IMG/VR virus record: IMGVR_UViG_3300012680_000001
Span: 1-63,427 of that record
Origin: a virus
Taxonomy: Duplodnaviria; Caudoviricetes
DNA length: 63,427 bases
Strand: one strand, 5' to 3'
Shown: one piece after another, positions 35,664 through 45,700 of the stretch
Numbering within the stretch: the stretch's first letter is position 1
Layout: the number at the start of each line of letters is the position of its first letter
The notes under the pieces: model-generated
What the model saw: only the letters and a program-made list of their open reading frames with translations
Databases searched by the model: none
Told to the model about the DNA's origin: nothing
Translations under genes and position numbers: made by a program

Positions 35664-36740
35664 TTATACGAAGACTGGAGCCGCGTACGTTGCGTTGTTG
35701 GTTCGGAGGACTGCGGCCTGATCGCGACCCCAGACGCTAATGCCGAACTCGCGCTCTGAGGTATCGGCGCGCAGCGGATAGCGCTCATCTTGGGCAACGA
35801 GTTGCAGTTCGCCGTTCCCTGTCGCCAGACGGCGGCGGAAGCGAAGGACTTTCCGGATTGGGTCAATGTCGATGACGAGCAGGTAGGTTGCCGGAATCCA
35901 GGGCTTGACCCAGACCTCAATCGCTCCGTTCCAGACGCCAATTGCTCGGTTGTATAGGCTAAATGGCTCAACGGGTCCGCCTACTGCCTGATTCGCTGTG
36001 CTGCCGCCACCGGGCATGATGAGCGGCTGCGTGTACGCGGTGAAGTTCGCGAATCCTGTAATCGCCGCTTCCTGCGCCCGGTTAATGTAGATGCGTACCT
36101 GCCCGCTCACGCCGTGCTCGATCACCGTGGCGGTGGCGGCCTCGACATCAGCCGCGACGAGCGCGGCGGTGCCCAGGTAGTGCGTATGCGTTGCGCCGTT
36201 GAACGTGTTACTAAACTCATCCTCAGGGATGGGTGATCCATCCGCGTTATAGAGCCGCCGGATCGGCAACGTGGCGTTGTCAATCATGCGGTCCTTATAG
36301 GTGAGGTTGTTGACGGGGTTAAACAGGGCGCGCTGAATCTCACGCCGGACATTGCGCGCGTCGGCCTCGGCTACGGCGTTTGCCGCCGTGGCGAGGTCTG
36401 CCACCGTAGAGACTTGCAGGAACTTACGTGTCCACTGCAACGAAATCTGGAACGGCTCCAAGGGGAAGCCGATGTCTGTGGGCGTCGGCACGGCCTTCTG
36501 CGCGTCGGCCCTCGTGTATTCGTCGGCCTTGATCATTTCCATACGAGCGCCGGTGCCGTAGGTGGTGAGCCGGACCTCGGTAAACTCCACCAGGTCGGCG
36601 GTCATTTGCTCAATGAGGAGGTTCTGCGCGGCCAACCAGTTTTGGAAATCTTCGGCGAGTCGCTCTTCACCGTACTCTGCTGCGGTCTGATTACGGATCA
36701 ACAAAAGTTGATCCAGGACGCCGTGTGTCCCGTATGCCAT
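35664..36740 (-). CDS. Major capsid protein
   Basis: 358 aa, follows the scaffold and decoration genes; REFGISVWGR...YAAP C-terminus. Confidence 0.8.
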   Translation of the reverse strand: MAYGTHGVLDQLLLIRNQTAAEYGEERLAEDFQNWLAAQNLLIEQMTADLVEFTEVRLTTYGTGARMEMIKADEYTRADAQKAVPTPTDIGFPLEPFQISLQWTRKFLQVSTVADLATAANAVAEADARNVRREIQRALFNPVNNLTYKDRMIDNATLPIRRLYNADGSPIPEDEFSNTFNGATHTHYLGTAALVAADVEAATATVIEHGVSGQVRIYINRAQEAAITGFANFTAYTQPLIMPGGGSTANQAVGGPVEPFSLYNRAIGVWNGAIEVWVKPWIPATYLLVIDIDPIRKVLRFRRRLATGNGELQLVAQDERYPLRADTSEREFGISVWGRDQAAVLRTNNATYAAPVFV

Positions 36741-36755
36741 AGTTCAGCGTCCTTT

Positions 36756-37145
36756 CTACAGGTTCTTGAGGAAGATGCGCGTGGCATCAATCGCGTAGGC
36801 AATCTCCACCGTGCCGCCAACCGATGCGGCATCTGCCAACGCGCCTTTGGTTGCTGAGAGAAAATACGACGTTCCAGGCGCCATAGCCGCCGCGTACCGC
36901 ACGACAACGCCACGAAGAACAGTAACACCATCCCCCACCACGGCCGCTTGCAGCACCATGCCGCGCACCTTCGCCTCAGCATCGGCAGCCCCGCCATCGG
37001 CGGTCCACACCTTGCCATCGGCGTTGATATACACGAGATCGCCAGCGGCAATCGCTTCGCCAGCGACAAGGCCGTTTATTTGATGCTCATATCCCGGCTG
37101 AACTGTTGCCAGGCTCGGGGTTCCGCTCTTTGCCAAATCGGGCAT
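36756..37145 (-). CDS. Capsid decoration/cement protein
   Basis: AGEAIAAGDLVYI...PGTSYFLSATKGAL. Confidence 0.75.
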   Translation of the reverse strand: MPDLAKSGTPSLATVQPGYEHQINGLVAGEAIAAGDLVYINADGKVWTADGGAADAEAKVRGMVLQAAVVGDGVTVLRGVVVRYAAAMAPGTSYFLSATKGALADAASVGGTVEIAYAIDATRIFLKNL

Positions 37146-37162
37146 AGGAGTCTCCTAGTCGT

Positions 37163-37804
37163 TTACATCGCATAGCCGCCGTGCTGTCGCAGTGCGGCGG
37201 CTTCTTGCTCGACGGTCGGCTTACTCTCACCACGTCCCTTCGGATCGGGACCGTTGCCGCGCTTCACATCTCTCTGGTCAAGGTTTAGCTTCTTCACCAG
37301 CGCCATCGTGTCCGTGTCGTGCAGGAACTCCCAGCGGCCCAGAACATCGTCGTCGGGGTGTTGCTTCTCACCGATTTTGCGGACCTCATCGGGGAGCGCG
37401 CTCCATCCCGCGTCAAGTCCCGTCTGCATGGCCTGTTTTAGCCGGTCGTTCTCTGCCTTCAAGGACGTGACTTCGTTCTTGGCGCCCTCGAGGTCGGTCT
37501 TGAGTTGAAGCTCGACCTTCTCGAAATCGCCAGCCTTCCTCGCGTCGTCGGCGTCCTTTTGCTTGCGCGCATCCGCATCGGCGGCGTCACGATCCGCCTT
37601 AGCGCGGTCGGCCGCGATGCGGGCGGCATCCTTTCGGGCATCGCCGATCAACTTGTCAATGTGCCGCTGTTGCTCTGAACTGAACGCAACCTTGTCTTCG
37701 CCTCTGCCATCCCCCTGTTCACCGCCGGAGTTCGCGTCACTCTTGGCATTGGTCGTTGTATCGGCATTCTCGGAGTCGCCCGCGCCGCTCTCACCGTCGA
37801 ACAT
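37163..37804 (-). CDS. Capsid scaffolding protein
   Basis: Acidic N-terminus and coiled coil, upstream of the capsid genes. Confidence 0.75.
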   Translation of the reverse strand: MFDGESGAGDSENADTTTNAKSDANSGGEQGDGRGEDKVAFSSEQQRHIDKLIGDARKDAARIAADRAKADRDAADADARKQKDADDARKAGDFEKVELQLKTDLEGAKNEVTSLKAENDRLKQAMQTGLDAGWSALPDEVRKIGEKQHPDDDVLGRWEFLHDTDTMALVKKLNLDQRDVKRGNGPDPKGRGESKPTVEQEAAALRQHGGYAM

Positions 37805-37987
37805 TGTCTTACCCTCCCCGGATTACGGCTCCGGTTGGCCTAGAAAAACGAAAACACCCACTTCCGTCCGGAGTAGGCGCGTGATGCGTGCGACCCCGGG
37901 AAGAAGCGGGTGGGCCCGAACGATTCGGGTGCGACCCTTTATGCGATTGACACGTTGTCTATCTTAGCACCGTTTGTGGGTGTCGCA

Positions 37988-38152
37988 TTAGGAGCGGCGC
38001 GCGCGTAGGCCGTATTTCCCCTCGATATACTCGACGATTAGTAAGAGCGCTCGTCTTAGAACCAAGAGAAAGTCGCGCATACCGTTATCATCTGGGGTGA
38101 CATCTCCTACGGTCGCCATCGTGTGCGGATTAACGCGTGGCCGGGTGGTCAT
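37988..38152 (-). CDS. Small hypothetical protein (54 aa)
   Basis: MTTRPRV...LRRALLLIVEYIEGKYGL with a GAGGAG RBS. Confidence 0.5.
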   Translation of the reverse strand: MTTRPRVNPHTMATVGDVTPDDNGMRDFLLVLRRALLLIVEYIEGKYGLRARRS

Positions 38153-38161
38153 GGCGTCGTG

Positions 38162-38536
38162 CTACTCCTCACAATGGATAAGTAGCCCTGAGCCGCGTCG
38201 ATTCCCCGCTGCCCCGTAGAGTATTTCCAAGCGATAGTAGCGCCCCCGTTCCAGGTTAATGACGCGCTGCAACACGGTGGAGCCGCTCACCTCCACCGCG
38301 CCGGAGAGCATCGTCGCGGTCTTATCGACGTCCACGGTTTCCCCGAATGCGCGTAACTGCCAGAGCTGACACACCACGTTCGTGAGCGCCTCGCCCGTGT
38401 CCAGGCGTGCGCTCAGATCCACGACAACCTTATCATCCGATCCTGCCATCCACGTCCAGACGAGCGGCTGCCCCCGGTCATCGACCACATCGAGTGGGGT
38501 TACCCGTGCTCGCCAATCTGTTGGTGCTACAACCAC
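38162..38536 (-). CDS. Virion fibre-adaptor-like protein
   Basis: Small beta-rich ORF after the fibre genes. Confidence 0.5.
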   Translation of the reverse strand: MVVAPTDWRARVTPLDVVDDRGQPLVWTWMAGSDDKVVVDLSARLDTGEALTNVVCQLWQLRAFGETVDVDKTATMLSGAVEVSGSTVLQRVINLERGRYYRLEILYGAAGNRRGSGLLIHCEE

Positions 38537-38545
38537 AGTATCCTC

Positions 38546-40978
38546 CTAGCCGCGCTTTGCGGTTCCCGTGCCGGGCTTCACTTCGGCCTTCCCGATTAAC
38601 CCTCCGGCGCGCGACGTTCCTTGCGCGCCGTGCCTCGTTGCCGTCCCGACGCGCGACTCCACCCGGGTGGACCCTTGCTCGTCAATGTCTTGTGCGTATC
38701 CCATGAGCGTCGGGACGAATATAACGCCCTCGATCGTAACCGCCGCACTCTGCGATACGGCACGAGAGCCAGTAGCCCGGATTGCCGCATTCTGCCAGAT
38801 GATACGTGCGCCGGCCAGGGAGACTGAGGCCGAAAGCAAGACGGGGCGGAACAGCGCTTCCATCAGCGCGGCAGTTTGTCCCACGGATCGCGCTGAGGCT
38901 ACCGAGAGTGCGGCGCTTGCCGGAACCGCGCGCGATGCGGACACACGGATCGCGACGCTCTTGGGAACTGTACGGACGTTGGTTGTTTGGAGCGCACCGG
39001 ACTGTCCGACCGTCCGCTCCTGATTGACTACTGAGAGGGCGGCGGATTGCGGAACCGCACGGTTCCCTCCCCCTCCCGGTGCGGGGGCGATGACAACCCA
39101 TGCCGTGCCCCAGACCGTCGCCCCGCTCGACGTCGCAGTTACCGCGTTAGCCCCGGTCGCTGCATTCGTGCGATACGCGACGAAGTAGGCTTGGAGGGTG
39201 GATGATCCGCCTACCCCTGCGCCCTGCGTGTATCCGGAAGTCAGCCCCGAGAATGTCTGCGCCGCCGTGCTACTACTCGACGCCCCCACGATAACCGCGC
39301 TCCCTGCCGTGGTGGGGGCGGGCGAACCGAGCGTCATTGTCGTGTCTGATGTGGCGTCGTTCGATCCTGCCGTAGACGATGCCTGCACCGGAGTTGTGGT
39401 GTTATACCCAGTTATCTCGTAGGCGTCCCAACTCGTTGCCCATGCGCCATTGAGGTCAATGGCAATTGCCGTGCCCGCTGTGATGACTTGACCCTGCCAG
39501 AGTTCAACGCGGCTGTTCTGACCCGATACCAGGCCGTTTGTGATAAGTGACCACGTCGCGCCGAGGCCACTGATGCCGACAACGTTGCCCGTAGATCCCC
39601 GCTTGAGGGCAACAACGAGGACCATGAGGCTCCCGACCGCTGCGGTGGTGGGGAGCGTGATATTGACGGGGTCTGCTGCGACGACCTGCTCCCCCGCATG
39701 GCGGGTGATAGTGAGGCCCGCCAGTACGCTGATGTTCGCCGACTGGCCCACTATTCGGGGCGTGCTCGTCAGGAGAACGGCGCTTTGCCCCACGGTGAGG
39801 GGGGAGCTTGTGAGAAGGGCGGCACTCTGAGGGAAGATTCGGCCTTCCGTGGTGAGGACGGCGGCGCTCTTGGGTACTGTCCGCGATGTAGCAACAAGTA
39901 CGACGGAGGATTGCGCAACGGTTCGATCTAACGCGGTAAGGATCGCCGTGCTTTGTGGTATGGCGCGCGCGGTTGTGGATAGGATGGCGGCCGACTGGGG
40001 AACCGGGCGCGCGGTGGTAGAGAGGATCGCTATCGATTGTGGTATGACGCGCGACCCTGTGAAGAGGATGGCAGTTGATTGCGGGACCGTCTTGTTTATG
40101 GCAGTGAGGATCGTGGCCGACTGCGGAACCGTGCGCCCTGCCGTAGAAAGGATCGCTGCCGATTGCGGCGTCGTGCGCGGCGCGGTGATAAGAACGGCGA
40201 CCGATTGTCCCACTGCCCGCGACGATGCGGTAAGGAGCGCCGCGCTTTGTGGAACGTTCCGCGCCCCAGCGACGGTTACCGTAACAGCGGCGCTCTGGCC
40301 AATAGTCCTGGTGAGCGCGGTGAGAATGGATGTGCTTTGCGGCACGGTGCGGGAGAGCGCGGTAAGGAGTGCCCCACTCTGCGGAATCATCCGGGTGAGT
40401 TGCGTGAGAAGCGTCGCCGATTGCGCCACCGTCCGTGACAAGGCCGCAAGGAGCGCGGCGCTCTGGGGGACGGTGCGTCCGGTTGTGGTGCGAATGGCAG
40501 ACGATTGCGGAACCGTGCGGGAGAGTGCGGTAAGTACAGCCGCCGATTGTGGGACCGTGCGGGAGAGCACGGTAAGGAGTGCAGTACTTTGCGGAACCGT
40601 CCGTGCGGTCGTTGTGCGAACAACGGCACTTTCCGGAACCGTGCGCGCGGTCGTCGTGCGAATTGCGGACGATTGCGGTACGGCGCGGGAGAGGGCAGTA
40701 AGGATCGTTGTGGACTGCCCAACGGAGCGCGAGAGCGCGGTAAGGATCGCCGCACTCTGTGGCACAGTTCGGGATGTCGTGGTTCGGATGGTGGACGATT
40801 GCGATACGGCGCGCGACTGCACCGTAAGGACTGCCGCCGATTGTGGAACACTCCTCGTCAGCGCGGTAAGAAGCGCGGCGCTCTGTGGAACCGTGCGCGA
40901 CAGCACCGCACCACCAGCGACAAGAACACCAAACTGCGCGTCCCCGAACCGCGCCTCTCCGAATATCGCGCTCGTCAT
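38546..40978 (-). CDS. Fibre-like protein with 14-aa repeats (28 + 8 copies) around a globular domain
   Basis: Consensus SRTVPQSAAILTAL. Confidence 0.75.
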   Translation of the reverse strand: MTSAIFGEARFGDAQFGVLVAGGAVLSRTVPQSAALLTALTRSVPQSAAVLTVQSRAVSQSSTIRTTTSRTVPQSAAILTALSRSVGQSTTILTALSRAVPQSSAIRTTTARTVPESAVVRTTTARTVPQSTALLTVLSRTVPQSAAVLTALSRTVPQSSAIRTTTGRTVPQSAALLAALSRTVAQSATLLTQLTRMIPQSGALLTALSRTVPQSTSILTALTRTIGQSAAVTVTVAGARNVPQSAALLTASSRAVGQSVAVLITAPRTTPQSAAILSTAGRTVPQSATILTAINKTVPQSTAILFTGSRVIPQSIAILSTTARPVPQSAAILSTTARAIPQSTAILTALDRTVAQSSVVLVATSRTVPKSAAVLTTEGRIFPQSAALLTSSPLTVGQSAVLLTSTPRIVGQSANISVLAGLTITRHAGEQVVAADPVNITLPTTAAVGSLMVLVVALKRGSTGNVVGISGLGATWSLITNGLVSGQNSRVELWQGQVITAGTAIAIDLNGAWATSWDAYEITGYNTTTPVQASSTAGSNDATSDTTMTLGSPAPTTAGSAVIVGASSSSTAAQTFSGLTSGYTQGAGVGGSSTLQAYFVAYRTNAATGANAVTATSSGATVWGTAWVVIAPAPGGGGNRAVPQSAALSVVNQERTVGQSGALQTTNVRTVPKSVAIRVSASRAVPASAALSVASARSVGQTAALMEALFRPVLLSASVSLAGARIIWQNAAIRATGSRAVSQSAAVTIEGVIFVPTLMGYAQDIDEQGSTRVESRVGTATRHGAQGTSRAGGLIGKAEVKPGTGTAKRG

Positions 40979-40990
40979 GGACGCTCCGTG

Positions 40991-43558
40991 CTAGGCGACG
41001 TAGGTGCCCACGTTACCTGACGGGAGACGGCGCACTTTGAAGAGGCTGTTCCTTTGCATTAAGAACGTGCCCGCGCTATTCGTGACACGGATGCGGAAGT
41101 TTCCCGCCGTACCCGCCTCCACGATCCACTTCGCATAGACCCAATGGGTCGTGTTGAGGGTTTGCGTGGCCGTTGCTGGGAACGCGGCGCTCGTGGTCAC
41201 CGATCCCTCGACGCCGGAGATATTGAGGGAGGTTGCCTGCGCGATGCCCGCCGCTGGGGTATTGATGAGAAAGCCGCTGGCACTCGTAAAGGCGGTGGTG
41301 GCGACGAGTGCCCAGATCACTGTGCCCGCTGTAGTGCGCACATAATGCGCCCACATCTCGATCTCGTAGATGCCGTTGGCGACGTACGAAACCCCGGTGT
41401 TGGTTCCGAACGCATCGGAAATCGTGATACCGCGATCTGTACCGTCGGCGGAGAGCCGGAAGATGCGCTCCGACGGAACGTACCCTCGCCCGTTCGTCAC
41501 ATCATTGGTGAAGTAGAGGGCCGCGCCGTCGTACTCCATCGCCCCGACTCCCGCCGTGGTCATCAGCGTACCGCTCACGAACCCTAAAGCCGAGTTCGCA
41601 GAGGCGGAGTGGGCGGAGATGATAGGTGCGGTAAGCGTCTTGGCAGTGAGCGTCTGCGTGTCCGTGGTGCCGACGATGGCCCCTGCCGGAGCCGTGACTG
41701 CGCTCAGCACGCCGGAAGCGAGACTGGCGATCCCCGTGCCCGTTGCCCGCTTTAGCAGTTTGCCGGTAGTGCCGCTGAAGAGCACCACCTCGCTGTCAAC
41801 GGATACGGCGGTATTCGTCGAGGCGTCGCCGCCGCCGCCGCTCCCACCAATGCCGACCTGTACCCAATTTGTACCGTTGTAGACAAACTCTATCGCAGAC
41901 TTGGCATTCGCAGTGGTAGGTGGAGCCTGGTTGACCACGTATCCCGCCGCGAAGGTCACAACCCGCCCCCCCGTGGCATCTTGGGTGAATCCAAACGTGG
42001 TCCGCGCCCCGGTCCAGCTGTTCGCCGCCGCCGGGACGTTGATTGTCATCGCTCCCGTCAGCGCCGCGACGTTGATAAAGCTTCCAATCGTGGGATCAGG
42101 CGTGAGGGTAGCGGCGTACGCGACGTCCTGCTCTCCGTCGTACGCGTTAATGGAAATACGAATGTTGGTGTGCCACCCGTTCTGGACATGACCCGACAGG
42201 TTCCCATCGGAAACGAACTCGGCTTGCAAGTAGGCCGCGCCGCTGGTCATACCCAGCGCGTACTTCTGTTGCCGGACAGCGCCACTGGCAACCAATCCAC
42301 GATCGCGCGATGCCCCGGTGAACTTACCGTAGCTAGAGTTCGTGAACTGTACGCCATTCCCGAGTCGGTCGCTGTCGGCATTGTTGCCGGTGTTGTTTGA
42401 GTCGGCGATGCACCCGACGAGGTGTGTACGATCCGCCGCGTTCGCGAAGAATCCGTGAAATTGATTGTCCTGCGCTTGGCAGTTGATAAGGTTGGTCGTG
42501 TGAGATCCGTCGACATGAAAGCCATGACCTACCGCGCCACTAATGCGACCCGCATAGAACGCTTTACAGTTTGAGTATCGGTTATTGGGGCCCGTGACTT
42601 TAAAGCCTTGCAGTCCCGTGTTTCCTGTGGTGATGAGGTTGAAGTCACAGTCGGCGGCGGAGTTGTTCACGCCGATGCCGTCACTGTCCCGGACATTGAT
42701 GCCGTAGGCTTTGCCTTCGCCCCGGCCCGCGATCACCAGGCCATCGTCTTTCGTATCGATAATGTCTACGTCATGGACGCGCCAGTAGCCGTCCGCGTAC
42801 TCCTGGACTGCTGTGCTGGGGGTATTAATCGAGATACCGTGGCGGAGCGTTCCTGTCGTTTGAGCGGCCTTGTTGCCATTGATGCGAAGGTTGGAGATCG
42901 AGAAGAAGCGATCGCCATCGACGGCGTTCTTGATCACCGCTCCGCCGATATTCGTCTTGGCCTTGAGTTCTGTTGCCCCCGGCCCTTGTCCCATCAAATC
43001 AACATGGTGCTTGATGGAGAGCGTGCCAACGAGCAACTTCCCGGCAGGGAGCTCCACCGTGCCACCCGGGCCCGCACCAGCGACCGCTGCAGCCATGGCG
43101 TCGATCGCCGCTTGGATGATGGTTGTCGCTTCGGTGACGCCGGTAATATCCACGTCGGCGTCAGTAAGGACGCGCCGCTTTGACATCGCGGTGCCGCCCG
43201 TGCCAGCGCCGGCCTTCGTTTCTAGGGCAATGATGGCGCTTCGTAGCACTTCATGATGGGCGCTCATGATGGGGCTGAAATTGATCGTCACGCCAGCGGC
43301 GTAGGCGGCGGCGGTGGTGCCATCGAAGCCGCGCACACAGCCAGTGAAGCTCGTGCCAGTCAATCCGGTGTAGCTGATCGCTTCGGTGCCGACGTAGGCG
43401 ACGCCGGTCGCAGGAGCGCCTGTGGTAGAGGTGATTGGCACCGTCGTAGCGATGGCCGTAACACCACCCGTGCCGATGGTGGAGGAACCGCCGTTGGCCA
43501 CCTCGATAAGTTCAACCGCCGTATCGAGGGATGTTGGGAAATTCGTCTGCCCGATCAA
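40991..43558 (-). CDS. Spike/fibre with a pectate-lyase-like right-handed beta-helix
   Basis: IQAAID...GGTVELPAG...LMGQG...ISNLRINGN followed by beta-helix repeats. Confidence 0.8.
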   Translation of the reverse strand: MIGQTNFPTSLDTAVELIEVANGGSSTIGTGGVTAIATTVPITSTTGAPATGVAYVGTEAISYTGLTGTSFTGCVRGFDGTTAAAYAAGVTINFSPIMSAHHEVLRSAIIALETKAGAGTGGTAMSKRRVLTDADVDITGVTEATTIIQAAIDAMAAAVAGAGPGGTVELPAGKLLVGTLSIKHHVDLMGQGPGATELKAKTNIGGAVIKNAVDGDRFFSISNLRINGNKAAQTTGTLRHGISINTPSTAVQEYADGYWRVHDVDIIDTKDDGLVIAGRGEGKAYGINVRDSDGIGVNNSAADCDFNLITTGNTGLQGFKVTGPNNRYSNCKAFYAGRISGAVGHGFHVDGSHTTNLINCQAQDNQFHGFFANAADRTHLVGCIADSNNTGNNADSDRLGNGVQFTNSSYGKFTGASRDRGLVASGAVRQQKYALGMTSGAAYLQAEFVSDGNLSGHVQNGWHTNIRISINAYDGEQDVAYAATLTPDPTIGSFINVAALTGAMTINVPAAANSWTGARTTFGFTQDATGGRVVTFAAGYVVNQAPPTTANAKSAIEFVYNGTNWVQVGIGGSGGGGDASTNTAVSVDSEVVLFSGTTGKLLKRATGTGIASLASGVLSAVTAPAGAIVGTTDTQTLTAKTLTAPIISAHSASANSALGFVSGTLMTTAGVGAMEYDGAALYFTNDVTNGRGYVPSERIFRLSADGTDRGITISDAFGTNTGVSYVANGIYEIEMWAHYVRTTAGTVIWALVATTAFTSASGFLINTPAAGIAQATSLNISGVEGSVTTSAAFPATATQTLNTTHWVYAKWIVEAGTAGNFRIRVTNSAGTFLMQRNSLFKVRRLPSGNVGTYVA

Positions 43559-43567
43559 AGAACACCC

Positions 43568-43948
43568 CTATTCGGCGATCTCGCCATCCGTCATCAGGAC
43601 GCTCCCGTCCGCGTGACACCAGAGGAGCATCCGTGCGCTATCCCGCTCCCACCCAATGACCGTAATAGCAGAACGCCCTACTTCGTCCCCGGCATCGCCG
43701 TCAGTATTGGCTTCCGCGCGTACCTCGATTGATGTCCGCCAGAAGCATACCGGCGTTGCTCCCTTGGGGATAGCCGCCACCGCGTGCCACTGCGTGGTGT
43801 CGGGATCAGCCGTACCCACAACGGCCAGGCGCGCAATGGGTGTCGGGACCTGTGATATTGAGCCGTAGTCTATCTCCCAGTGCGCGGTCCCGTTGCCATC
43901 AAAGGCGATCCAGGTGTGCGCACGAGTAATGACCCGCTCAGCCGTCAT
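43568..43948 (-). CDS. Hypothetical protein
   Basis: Coupled ORF. Confidence 0.5.
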   Translation of the reverse strand: MTAERVITRAHTWIAFDGNGTAHWEIDYGSISQVPTPIARLAVVGTADPDTTQWHAVAAIPKGATPVCFWRTSIEVRAEANTDGDAGDEVGRSAITVIGWERDSARMLLWCHADGSVLMTDGEIAE

Positions 43949-44186
43949 TCGCACCATCGTCCGCGGCCTGCGCCCGACGCACAGCCTTGACAGCCTTTGC
44001 ATCCGGCGCCGCGACAGGGTCGAACGCTGTACCGCCATCCTCGCTTACCTCAGCCTGCTGCAACGGTACGAACTCTCCGGCCTTCAGTGGACGGTATCCT
44101 GCTGGCTTATACAGCGCGACGTACGTATCCTGATCGGTGATCACCACGGTTCCGGCATCGTTCATGAAGGGCTTCGTCTCGGCCAT
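43938..44186 (-). CDS. Hypothetical protein
   Basis: ORF with an AGGGAG RBS. Confidence 0.55.
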   Translation of the reverse strand: MAETKPFMNDAGTVVITDQDTYVALYKPAGYRPLKAGEFVPLQQAEVSEDGGTAFDPVAAPDAKAVKAVRRAQAADDGANDG

Positions 44187-44225
44187 GGGTTACTCCCTTC
44201 GCACTCACTAGTGCAGTGTGTATCG

Positions 44226-44732
44226 TCACGCTTCATCATAAGTCAAGGTAAGCGTGGGTAGGGCAATGTTGTTCCCCGCACCCCCGACGTACAAATTTGA
44301 AATCCCCAACGCATAGCTGAGGTAGTCCCCTTTGCCGCCTGTGGTGCCCGCGCTATACGATGCCGCATCGTAGACCGCATCCGCCGTGGGCGCCGTGGTA
44401 TAGCCTGCTGGGGTGGCATCATCCGTGCCAGCGTCTGCCGCCGCAACCGCCGTGGAGCGTACGTACGTCGCGGCGTCGTCTTTGAACCAGAGTTTCAGTC
44501 CCGCCGACGGCGCGCTGGCGATGCGATGCCGCAGGTTGGACAAGGATGTGGCCGCGTCAAGTGTCGTTACCTCAAGCCGAAGGACTTTGGGCCAGCTAAA
44601 CGCCGTGCCCGTGGCGGTTGGCTTTGGGATGGGGGCCGTGGTGCCCGCGAGCGTCTCTTCTCTGTTGTACTTCGCTCCGGTCTCTGCGGTTGCAAGCGTT
44701 GGTCCCACTCCCGATGCATAGGATGCGCGCAC
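44226..44732 (-). CDS. Putative virion structural protein
   Basis: Ala/Thr-rich, ends LTLTYDEA; start uncertain. Confidence 0.55.
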   Translation of the reverse strand: MRASYASGVGPTLATAETGAKYNREETLAGTTAPIPKPTATGTAFSWPKVLRLEVTTLDAATSLSNLRHRIASAPSAGLKLWFKDDAATYVRSTAVAAADAGTDDATPAGYTTAPTADAVYDAASYSAGTTGGKGDYLSYALGISNLYVGGAGNNIALPTLTLTYDEA

Positions 44733-44812
44733 GATCGCGGCGATAGCTTTACCCTACCTTTCTTTGTGTCGTCGCGGCGGTCCCGCGTACGTATGGTAGC
44801 TATGTTACCCCT

Positions 44813-45025
44813 TTACTGTTCTTGCGGATTCGGTTGCTCACGGTTCGGGTTGCGCCACCAGGCCTCTTGCAACCGGCAGGTGATTTCCAGCGCCTCTATC
44901 CTCGAAAATCCCACACTTAGCAGGTCAAGGTAGTACCAGCGCAACGCCTCGGCATTATCCGAGCACGTCGTTTTTACCCTGACGGTTTGCGCGCGTGCGA
45001 GCGCTTCTTCGACATCACGTTCCAT
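44813..45025 (-). CDS. Hypothetical protein, paralog of 45701..45913
   Basis: Shared RAQ...NAxAL...LLxVGFS...LQxxWW. Confidence 0.65.
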   Translation of the reverse strand: MERDVEEALARAQTVRVKTTCSDNAEALRWYYLDLLSVGFSRIEALEITCRLQEAWWRNPNREQPNPQEQ

Positions 45026-45381
45026 CAGTACCCGCCTTCCTTACCCTGCCCATTCGCGGTACGAGCGGCAGCAACGATGTCATCCTTCATGGCATCGACG
45101 CCATCCAGGTCATCATCAATGCCCACCACCCGGTTATCGACCGCATCGATGCCCAGCGCGATGGCGTCCATCTTCGTCTGCACTGCCCTCCCGTCACGCA
45201 CGGCGACATGAAGGACCGCGAACAACATCCACACGCTGAGCGCAGAAGCGAAGTCGAGGTTATCAAAGGGGCGATCGGTGATGGCCCAAACGACGACGTA
45301 GGCCGTGACGACGAGCACTGTGAGCCAGTGGGCGGCGACGTTAACGACCGTCGTGATAGCGCGTTGGATAGTTTGGGTCAT
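45025..45381 (-). CDS. Low-affinity iron permease (Fet4-like) family membrane protein
   Basis: Two TM segments then RDGRAVQTKMDAI...DNRVVGID, resembling the family motif RDxxAlqxKLDELI. Confidence 0.6.
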   Translation of the reverse strand: MTQTIQRAITTVVNVAAHWLTVLVVTAYVVVWAITDRPFDNLDFASALSVWMLFAVLHVAVRDGRAVQTKMDAIALGIDAVDNRVVGIDDDLDGVDAMKDDIVAAARTANGQGKEGGY

Positions 45382-45692
45382 TAACGCACCGGGTAATCGT
45401 CAGGATCGAACGTGGCATCAACGTCTTCGCAGGGACTCGACACAAAGATGTCGCCCCGCCGTTCGAGCGCTGCGATAAGCCGGGCGATCGTCTCTTGCAC
45501 CATCGTCAGCTGAAAGGCGACGGCGTGGAGCGCGCCGCTCGGGTTCCCCGTCACGTCCTCACCAGAGATGCTCCCCGCACGCAGACCCCGCTTCTTAGAT
45601 TCTTGGGCGACTCGGTCCACGATCTGATCTACCTCTTCTCTGGTTAGGTTTCGCGGCTCCGCCGTGAGCAGGTTCGTGAGCGCAGTAAGCAT
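45381..45692 (-). CDS. Hypothetical protein
   Basis: Coupled ORF. Confidence 0.55.
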   Translation of the reverse strand: MLTALTNLLTAEPRNLTREEVDQIVDRVAQESKKRGLRAGSISGEDVTGNPSGALHAVAFQLTMVQETIARLIAALERRGDIFVSSPCEDVDATFDPDDYPVR

Positions 45693-45700
45693 CTTTCCCC

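Noticed and set aside
15318-43558. Diversity-generating retroelement suggested by the shared fibre segment
   Set aside because: No reverse transcriptase was found, and the two segments differ at many non-adenine positions.
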